Positions 6,234 through 12,431 of a DNA stretch of 12,431 nucleotides are shown in pieces (within the stretch, counting starts at the first letter, position 1; each line of letters opens with the position of its first letter). The translations under genes were made by a program, and so were the position numbers. Below the pieces are notes generated by a model. It was not told the origin of the DNA. It did not search any database and saw nothing but the letters and a program-made list of their open reading frames with translations. This stretch comes from a virus (lineage: Duplodnaviria > Heunggongvirae > Uroviricota > Caudoviricetes): IMG/VR virus record IMGVR_UViG_2617270973_000001; one strand, 5' to 3'.

Positions 6234-7963
6234 GCCGGAAATCTTACCCCAACGTAAATGCTGCCAATCAGTATGCCCGTGATGTCGTGCGCGGAAAGAT
6301 TGTGGCCTGCCAGTTTGTGATTCAGGCCTGCCAGCGCCATCTTGATGACCTGATGGAGGAAAAAAGTAAGTCGTTTCGTTACCGCTTCGACAAGGACCTG
6401 GCTGAACGGGCCGCGAAATTTATTCAGCTGTTGCCGCACACCAAGGGTGAGTGGGCATTTAAACGGATGCCCATCACGCTGGAGCCGTGGCAGCTATTTG
6501 TGATCTGCTGTGCGTTTGGCTGGGTCAATAAAGGCACCCGGTTGCGCCGCTTCCGGGAGGTGTATACCGAAATTCCCCGTAAGAACGGCAAATCGGCAAT
6601 CTCTGCCGGTGTTGCCCTGTATTGTTTTGCCTGTGATAACGAGTTCGGCGCGGAAGTGTATTCCGGTGCCACGACGGAGAAACAGGCATGGGAAGTCTTT
6701 CGTCCGGCACGACTGATGTGTAAACGCACACCCATGCTGACGGAAGCGTTCGGGATTGAGGTTAACGCCTCAAACATGAACCGTCCGGAGGATGGTGCGC
6801 GGTTTGAACCGCTGATCGGTAACCCCGGTGATGGTTCATCACCCCACTGTGCCGTGGTGGATGAATATCACGAGCACGCCACAGATGCGCTTTACACCAC
6901 GATGCTTACCGGGATGGGGGCGCGACGCCAGCCACTGATGTGGGCCATTACCACCGCCGGGTACAACATTGAGGGGCCGTGCTACGACAAACGGCGGGAA
7001 GTCATCGAGATGCTCAACGGCTCGGTGCCCAACGATGAACTGTTCGGGATCATCTATACCGTTGACGAAGGCGACGACTGGACCGACCCGCAGGTACTTG
7101 AAAAAGCTAACCCGAATATCGGTGTGTCGGTTTATCGCGAGTTTTTGTTAAGCCAGCAGCAACGTGCGAAAAATAACGCCCGTCTGGCAAACGTCTTTAA
7201 AACAAAACACCTCAATATCTGGGTGTCGGCGCGTTCGGCGTATTTCAACCTGGTGAGCTGGCAGAGCTGCGAGAATAAATCACTGACCCTTGAGCAGTTT
7301 GAGGGGCAGCCGTGCATTCTGGCCTTTGACCTGGCGCGTAAGCTGGATATGAACAGTATGGCGCGACTTTATACCCGCGAGATTGACGGTAAAACGCATT
7401 ACTACAGTGTGGCTCCGCGCTTCTGGGTACCGTATGACACGGTGTACAGCGTCGAGAAAAATGAAGATCGCCGGACAGCCGAGCGCTTTCAGAAATGGGT
7501 GGAAATGGGCGTTCTGACCGTTACCGATGGTGCGGAGGTGGATTATCGCTACATCCTCGAGGAGGCCAAAGCGGCGAACAAAATCAGCCCGGTCAGTGAG
7601 TCACCCATCGACCCCTTCGGGGCGACCGGGCTGTCGCATGACCTTGCGGATGAAGACCTGAACCCCATCACCATCATTCAGAACTACACCAACATGTCCG
7701 ACCCGATGAAAGAGCTGGAAGCGGCAATTGAATCGGGGCGTTTTCATCATGACGGCAATCCCATCATGACCTGGTGTATCGGCAACGTGGTCGGCAAAAC
7801 CATTCCGGGTAACGATGATGTGGTGAAGCCCGTCAAGGAGCAGGCGGAAAACAAAATTGATGGTGCAGTTGCGCTGATTATGGCGGTTGGCAGAGCCATG
7901 CTGTACGAGAAAGAAGACACGCTGTCTGATCACATTGAGTCCTACGGGATCCGCTCGCTTTAA
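6230..7963 (+). CDS. terL: Terminase large subunit (HK97 gp2-like / Terminase_1 family)
   Basis: 577 aa. Walker A-like motif in [18 protein letters not shown]. Size and position immediately after terS and upstream of the portal are as expected. Confidence 0.9.
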
Positions 7964-7974
7964 CTGAGGTAATT

Positions 7975-8157
7975 ATGATCATGCTGATTCTCGCGCCTCT
8001 GGTGGGCGTGCTGGGTGCGCTTTTGCTGGCGTATGGTGCCTGGCTGATTTATCCCCCGGCGGGGTTTGTTGTTGCCGGGGCGCTGTGCCTGTTCTGGTCG
8101 TGGCTGGTGGCGCGATATCTCGACCGTACACAGTCGTCTGTCGGCGGAGGTAAATAG
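7975..8157 (+). CDS. Hypothetical small membrane protein (60 aa, about 2 TM helices) between terL and portal
   Basis: GAGG at 7966-7969, 5 nt before ATG 7975. Two hydrophobic stretches ([26 protein letters not shown] and [18 protein letters not shown]). Its stop TAG overlaps the portal GTG start, which suggests translational coupling. No family recognised. Confidence 0.5.
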
Positions 8158-9398
8158 TGTTCTTTTCGGGATTATTTCAACGAAAAAGTGACGCACCTGT
8201 GACCACGCCAGCAGAGCTGGCGGATGCCATCGGGCTGTCGTATGACACCTATACCGGAAAGCAGATCAGCAGTCAGCGGGCTATGCGACTGACGGCGGTT
8301 TTTTCCTGCGTCAGAGTGCTGGCAGAGTCGGTCGGGATGTTGCCCTGCAATCTGTATCACCTGAACGGCAGCCTGAAGCAGAGAGCCACCGGCGAACGTC
8401 TGCATAAACTGATCTCCACGCATCCCAATGGCTATATGACGCCGCAGGAGTTCTGGGAGCTGGTGGTCACCTGTCTGTGCCTGAGGGGAAACTTTTACGC
8501 CTACAAAGTGAAAGCATTTGGCGAAGTGGCTGAACTGCTGCCCGTCGATCCCGGCTGTGTGGTACCGAAGCTTAACAGTAGCTGGGAACCGGTCTATCAG
8601 GTCACATTCCCGGATGGCTCCACGGATGTACTGAGCCAGGAGGATATCTGGCATGTGCGTACGCTGACGCTGGACGGACTGGTGGGGCTGAATCCCATCG
8701 CCTATGCCCGCGAGGCAATATCGCTGGCGGCAGCGACCGAAGAGCACGGGGCCAGACTGTTCAGCAATGGCGCGGTGACGTCGGGTGTTTTGCGTACAGA
8801 GCAGACGCTGTCGGATCAGGCTTATGAGCGCCTGAAGAAAGATTTTGAGGAGCGTCACACCGGGCTTGGCAATGCTCACCGCCCGATGATCCTTGAGATG
8901 GGGCTGGACTGGAAGTCGATGGCGTTGAACGCAGAGGACAGCCAGTTCCTGGAAACCCGCAAGTTTCAGCTTGAAGAAATCTGTCGTCTGTTCCGTGTGC
9001 CATTGCACATGGTGCAGAACACCGATCGCGCCACCTTCAACAATATCGAAGAGCTGGGGCTCGGATTTATCAACTATTCACTGGTGCCGTATCTGACCCG
9101 CATTGAGCAGCGGATCAACACCGGACTGGTACGAAAAAGTAAGCAGGGCGTTTATTACGCCAAATTTAACGCCGGGGCGTTACTGCGCGGGGATATGAAG
9201 TCCCGTTTTGAAGCCTACGCCACCGGGATTAACTGGGGAATTTACTCTCCCAATGACTGCCGCGACCTGGAAGATATGAATCCGCGTCCCGGTGGGGATG
9301 TCTATCTCACACCGATGAACATGACCACGAAACCCTCCGATGGCAGTAAAGCCGGTAAGCAGAAGGATAACGCCAATGCAGACGAAACAACGTCTTGA
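8157..9398 (+). CDS. Portal protein, HK97 family
   Basis: 413 aa. GTG start with GGAGG at 8146-8150. Length, position (terL - portal - protease - MCP) and sequence character are typical of HK97-family portals. Confidence 0.9.
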   Translation: MFFSGLFQRKSDAPVTTPAELADAIGLSYDTYTGKQISSQRAMRLTAVFSCVRVLAESVGMLPCNLYHLNGSLKQRATGERLHKLISTHPNGYMTPQEFWELVVTCLCLRGNFYAYKVKAFGEVAELLPVDPGCVVPKLNSSWEPVYQVTFPDGSTDVLSQEDIWHVRTLTLDGLVGLNPIAYAREAISLAAATEEHGARLFSNGAVTSGVLRTEQTLSDQAYERLKKDFEERHTGLGNAHRPMILEMGLDWKSMALNAEDSQFLETRKFQLEEICRLFRVPLHMVQNTDRATFNNIEELGLGFINYSLVPYLTRIEQRINTGLVRKSKQGVYYAKFNAGALLRGDMKSRFEAYATGINWGIYSPNDCRDLEDMNPRPGGDVYLTPMNMTTKPSDGSKAGKQKDNANADETTS

Positions 9399-10026
9399 TG
9401 TACCGCTGAGTCTGAAATCTGTCAGTGACTCCGGTGAGTTTGAAGGGTATGGCTCCGTCTTTGGTGTAAAGGACAGCCACGATGATGTGGTGATGTCCGG
9501 GGCATTTGCTGCTTCCCTGCGGGCGTGGAGTGACAGAAAAGCGTTACCTGCGCTGCTCTGGCAGCACCGCATGGATGAACCCATCGGTGTTTACACCGAA
9601 ATGAAGGAAGACGATGTCGGGCTTTACGTCAGGGGGCGGTTGCTTATTGATGATGATCCCCTCGCAAAACGCGCACATGCACACATGAAGGCCGGTTCGT
9701 TAACCGGCCTTTCTATTGGGTACGTCCTGAAAGACTGGGAATACGACCGGAGCAAAGAAGCCTTTCTGCTGAAAGAAATCGACCTCTGGGAAGTCAGTCT
9801 GGTGACGTTTCCGTCTAACGACGAGGCGCGGATCAGCGACGTCAAGAACGCGCTGGCCCGCGGGGAAATCCCCGAACAGAAAAAAATCGAAAGAGTCCTG
9901 CGTGATGTCGGACTCTCCCGTACCCAGGCCAAAGCATTCATGGCCGGGGGCTATGGCGCACTGTCCCTGCGCGACGCTGAGGATGTGGGCTCTGCACTGA
10001 ATGCACTGAAAAATCTGAACTTCTAA
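9376..10026 (+). CDS. Prohead maturation protease, HK97 family (S78/U35 type)
   Basis: ATG 9376 with AAGGA at 9362-9366; the track's 9340 start lies deep inside the portal gene. Conserved N-terminal pattern EGYGSVFGVKDSHDDVVMSGAF. Overlaps the portal 3' end by 23 nt. Confidence 0.85.
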   Translation: MQTKQRLDVPLSLKSVSDSGEFEGYGSVFGVKDSHDDVVMSGAFAASLRAWSDRKALPALLWQHRMDEPIGVYTEMKEDDVGLYVRGRLLIDDDPLAKRAHAHMKAGSLTGLSIGYVLKDWEYDRSKEAFLLKEIDLWEVSLVTFPSNDEARISDVKNALARGEIPEQKKIERVLRDVGLSRTQAKAFMAGGYGALSLRDAEDVGSALNALKNLNF

Positions 10027-10040
10027 TCAGGAGAAATACG

Positions 10041-11246
10041 ATGGCGGTTGATATTAAAGATGTCGAACAGGTCGCGCAGGAGCTGCAGCAGAAGTTTGAC
10101 GACTTCAAAGCAAAGAACGACAAGCGCGTGGATGCGATTGAGCAGGAAAAAGGCAAGCTTGCCGGGCAGGTGGAAACCCTGAACGGGAAACTCAGCGAGC
10201 TGGAAAATCTCAAAAGCGACCTTGAAAAAGAGCTGCTTGAGCTGAAACGTCCGGCAGGTGGAGCGCAAAATAAACTGGCCACCGAGCATAAAGAGGCGTT
10301 TGTGGGCTTTCTACGTAAAGGCCGTGAAGACGGTCTGCGCGATCTGGAGCGTAAGGCATTGCAGGTGGGTACCGATGAAGACGGTGGCTACGCCGTGCCG
10401 GAAGAACTGGATCGCAACATTCTTAACCTGCTGAAAGATGAAGTGGTGATGCGTCAGGAAGCCACGGTGATCACCGTTGGCGGTTCCGACTACAAAAAAC
10501 TGGTGAATCTGGGCGGTACGGCTTCCGGGTGGGTGGGGGAAACGGATACGCGATCCCAGACTGCCACCTCCAGACTGGAGCTGATTGAACCTCTCATGGG
10601 GGAAATCTACGGCAACCCGCAGGCTACCCAGAAAATGCTGGACGATGCCTTCTTCAACGTGGAGGCCTGGATCAACAGCGAGCTGGCAACCGAATTTGCT
10701 GAACAGGAAGAAATTGCCTTTACCTCAGGCGATGGCACCAAGAAGCCGAAAGGGTTCCTGGCGTATGAATCCACTGATGAAACCGACAAGGTCCGGGCGT
10801 TCGGCAAACTTCAGCATATTGTATCCGGCGAAGCGACCGCGGTGACCGCAGACGCCATTATCAAACTGATTTACACGCTGCGTAAGGCACACCGCACTGG
10901 CGCGAAGTTCATGATGAACAACAACAGCCTGTTTGCCATCCGTCTGCTGAAAGACACCGAGGGTAACTATCTGTGGCGTCCGGGGCTGGAACTGGGGCAG
11001 CCGTCCTCTCTGGCGGGTTACGGTATCGCTGAAAACGAACAGATGCCGGATATCGCCGCTGATGCGAAAGCCATTGCATTTGGTAACTTCAAACGGGGTT
11101 ACACCATCGTTGACCGTATCGGCACCCGCATTCTGCGTGACCCGTACACCAATAAACCGTTTGTCGGTTTTTATACCACCAAGCGCACCGGCGGGATGCT
11201 GGTCGATTCGCAGGCCATCAAACTGCTGAAGATTGCAGCGGCGTAA
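10041..11246 (+). CDS. Major capsid protein, HK97 fold, with N-terminal coiled-coil delta (scaffolding) domain
   Basis: 401 aa. AGGAG at 10029-10033. The first ~100 residues are a heptad-rich coiled coil (…LQQKFDDFKAKNDKRVDAIEQEKGKLAGQVETLNGKLSELENLKSDLEKELLELK), followed by a capsid core with motifs such as DEDGGYAVPEE. No separate scaffold gene lies between protease and capsid. Confidence 0.9.
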   Translation: MAVDIKDVEQVAQELQQKFDDFKAKNDKRVDAIEQEKGKLAGQVETLNGKLSELENLKSDLEKELLELKRPAGGAQNKLATEHKEAFVGFLRKGREDGLRDLERKALQVGTDEDGGYAVPEELDRNILNLLKDEVVMRQEATVITVGGSDYKKLVNLGGTASGWVGETDTRSQTATSRLELIEPLMGEIYGNPQATQKMLDDAFFNVEAWINSELATEFAEQEEIAFTSGDGTKKPKGFLAYESTDETDKVRAFGKLQHIVSGEATAVTADAIIKLIYTLRKAHRTGAKFMMNNNSLFAIRLLKDTEGNYLWRPGLELGQPSSLAGYGIAENEQMPDIAADAKAIAFGNFKRGYTIVDRIGTRILRDPYTNKPFVGFYTTKRTGGMLVDSQAIKLLKIAAA

Positions 11247-11253
11247 TCACTCA

Positions 11254-11273
11254 GGGGCGCGGAACCGCGCCCC
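11254..11273 (+). terminator. G/C-rich hairpin after the capsid gene; possible weak terminator, attenuator or mRNA stability element
   Basis: GGGGCGCGG-aa-CCGCGCCCC perfect inverted repeat 8 nt after the capsid stop. The downstream sequence (TGTTCTGAC) is only weakly U-rich, so efficient termination is doubtful. Confidence 0.35.
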
Positions 11274-11295
11274 CTGTTCTGACGGGTGAAGAATC

Positions 11296-11496
11296 ATGAT
11301 CCTGAAACAAGATCTGAAATGGTCACCGGACGGTATGCGTGTTGAGGTCATTCGGGCCGGTGAGTATGACGACGGGGCGCTTCCTGCCCGGGTGCAGGAG
11401 ATTGCACTTCAGGCCGGGTTAGCAGAGCGCGGAACCAGTGCAAAAAGCAGTAAAGCGGCAAAAGAGAAAAAAGCCACGACCAGTAAAGAGGGCTGA
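11296..11496 (+). CDS. Hypothetical small protein (66 aa) with Lys/Ala/Ser-rich C-terminal tail
   Basis: ORF in the head module between the capsid and connector genes. Weak RBS (GGGTGAAG). C-terminus SAKSSKAAKEKKATTSKEG is low-complexity and basic. No family recognised. Confidence 0.45.
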   Translation: MILKQDLKWSPDGMRVEVIRAGEYDDGALPARVQEIALQAGLAERGTSAKSSKAAKEKKATTSKEG

Positions 11497-11498
11497 GT

Positions 11499-11822
11499 AT
11501 GCTTCTGACAATGGAAGAGATTAAAGCCCAACTCCGGCTGGATGAGGATTTCGATGCTGATGACCGCCATCTGCAACTGCTGGCCTGTGCGGCGCAAAAG
11601 CGGACGGAAACGTATCTGAACCGGAAGCTCTATGCACCGGATGAAACCATTCCGGAGAGCGATCCGGACGGGCTGCACCTGCCGGATGATATTCGTCTGG
11701 GGATGCTGATGCTTATCAGCCATTTTTACGAAAACCGCTCGTCGGTTACGGAAGTGGAGAAACTCGACATGCCGCAGAGTTTTGGCTGGCTTGTCGGCCC
11801 GTACAGGTACTTTCCGCAATGA
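11499..11822 (+). CDS. Head-tail connector protein (gp6-like DNA-packaging/connector family)
   Basis: 107 aa. AAAGAGGG RBS. N-terminus MLLTMEEIKAQLRLDEDFDADD… matches the usual gp6-like start (MLLTLEE.K.HLR.D). Position after the capsid gene fits. Confidence 0.75.
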   Translation: MLLTMEEIKAQLRLDEDFDADDRHLQLLACAAQKRTETYLNRKLYAPDETIPESDPDGLHLPDDIRLGMLMLISHFYENRSSVTEVEKLDMPQSFGWLVGPYRYFPQ

Positions 11823-12229
11823 AAATTCGTCAGGCGCAGACCAGCGCAACCTACATTCTGCCGGACCCCGGTGAACTGAATAAACGCGTCCTGATCCGCC
11901 TGCGGGTGGATATGCCCGCGGATAACTTTGGCGTGGAGCCTCAATACCCGGTTACGTTCCGGACATGGGCGAAGGTTATCCAGACCAGTGCCACCACCTG
12001 GCAGGAAACCGCGCAGACCGGGGACGCCATCACCCATTACATCACCATTCGTTACCGCCGGGGGATCACCGCTGATTATGAGGTGGTCTGCGGTGACAGT
12101 GTGTACCGGGTGAAACGTCAGCGCGATCTGAACGGGGCGCGGCGCTTTCTGCTGCTGGAGTGTACGGAGCTGGGCGAATGTAGGCAGAGTCACGGAGGCA
12201 GCAATGGCGACTCCCTTTTTTCACGTTGA
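11819..12229 (+). CDS. Head closure / head-tail joining protein (HK97 gp7-like)
   Basis: 136 aa. ATG overlaps the connector stop (ATGA). The C-terminal pattern ITIRYRRGITADYEVVCGDSVYRVKRQRDLNGARRFLLLECTE resembles the head-closure family consensus. Confidence 0.7.
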   Translation: MKIRQAQTSATYILPDPGELNKRVLIRLRVDMPADNFGVEPQYPVTFRTWAKVIQTSATTWQETAQTGDAITHYITIRYRRGITADYEVVCGDSVYRVKRQRDLNGARRFLLLECTELGECRQSHGGSNGDSLFSR

Positions 12230-12431
12230 TGTTCAGCAGCCCGCCGAGATGCGCTTTAACCGCGCCCGTGTCCGGCGGGCGTTTGTCACGATTGGGCAGC
12301 GTCATATGCGTGATGCCCGTCGGCTGGTGATGCGCCGTGCGCGGTCGGCACCGGGTGAAAACCCCGGTTATCAGACCGGACGCCTGGCTCGTTCGATTGG
12401 TTATATGGTGCCGAGAGCCAGTAAAAAGCGA
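12204..12431 (+). CDS. HK97 gp10-like protein, 5' partial (runs off the window end)
   Basis: ATG 12204 with GGAGG at 12193-12197, open to the window end (76 codons, no stop), so it is absent from the ORF track. Translation MATPFFHVDVQQPAEMRFNRARVRRAF…SAPGENPGYQTGRLARSIGYMV fits the gp10-type pattern (…PGE.P….TG.L..SI…). Overlaps the previous gene out of frame by 26 nt. Confidence 0.65.
   Translation, partial: MATPFFHVDVQQPAEMRFNRARVRRAFVTIGQRHMRDARRLVMRRARSAPGENPGYQTGRLARSIGYMVPRASKKR

Noticed and set aside
5999-6439. 146-aa minus-strand ORF overlapping the terS/terL junction
   Set aside because: Antisense shadow ORF across two strongly supported genes; no start context or family resemblance.
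8172-9008. 278-aa ORF on the minus strand
   Set aside because: It lies entirely antisense to the portal gene, whose identity is well supported by size, motifs and synteny. Long antisense ORFs are common in G/C-rich coding DNA, and no RBS or recognisable family was seen.
9938-10282. 114-aa Ser-rich minus-strand ORF
   Set aside because: Antisense to the capsid delta-domain region; its low-complexity Ser/Phe-rich translation is the mirror of the Glu/Lys/Leu-rich coiled-coil coding sequence.
1-12431. Search for tRNA genes, integrase or attachment-site repeats, transposase or IS ends
   Set aside because: No cloverleaf-compatible segments, no tyrosine/serine recombinase-like ORFs and no terminal inverted repeats were seen. 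The window is internal to the prophage, so these are not expected here.

Overview
This 12.4-kb window reads as the late region of a lambdoid prophage with HK97-type head genes, probably from an enterobacterial host (inferred from composition and protein family resemblance; no search was run). Every supported gene is on the + strand. In order: the 3' end of an upstream gene; a YdfU/DUF968-like gene and a Q-like late antiterminator; a late-promoter-like element with a strong intrinsic terminator; an 85-aa unknown ORF; a lysis cassette (two membrane proteins, GH19-type endolysin, Rz with embedded Rz1); a terminator and a Rha-family regulator that looks like an independently acquired moron; then the packaging and head module (HNH endonuclease, candidate cos region, small and large terminase, small membrane ORF, portal, prohead protease, major capsid protein, connector, head-closure and a partial gp10-like gene). 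I found no rRNA, tRNA, CRISPR array, integrase or attachment site. I could not identify a clear novel multi-gene system. The best candidates for undescribed biology are the 85-aa ORF at the position where Stx-type morons sit, the Rha island with a possible upstream hydrophobic peptide, the HNH-terS intergenic inverted repeat, and the 60-aa membrane ORF between terminase and portal. All family assignments rest on motif recognition by eye and gene order and need HMM or BLAST confirmation.
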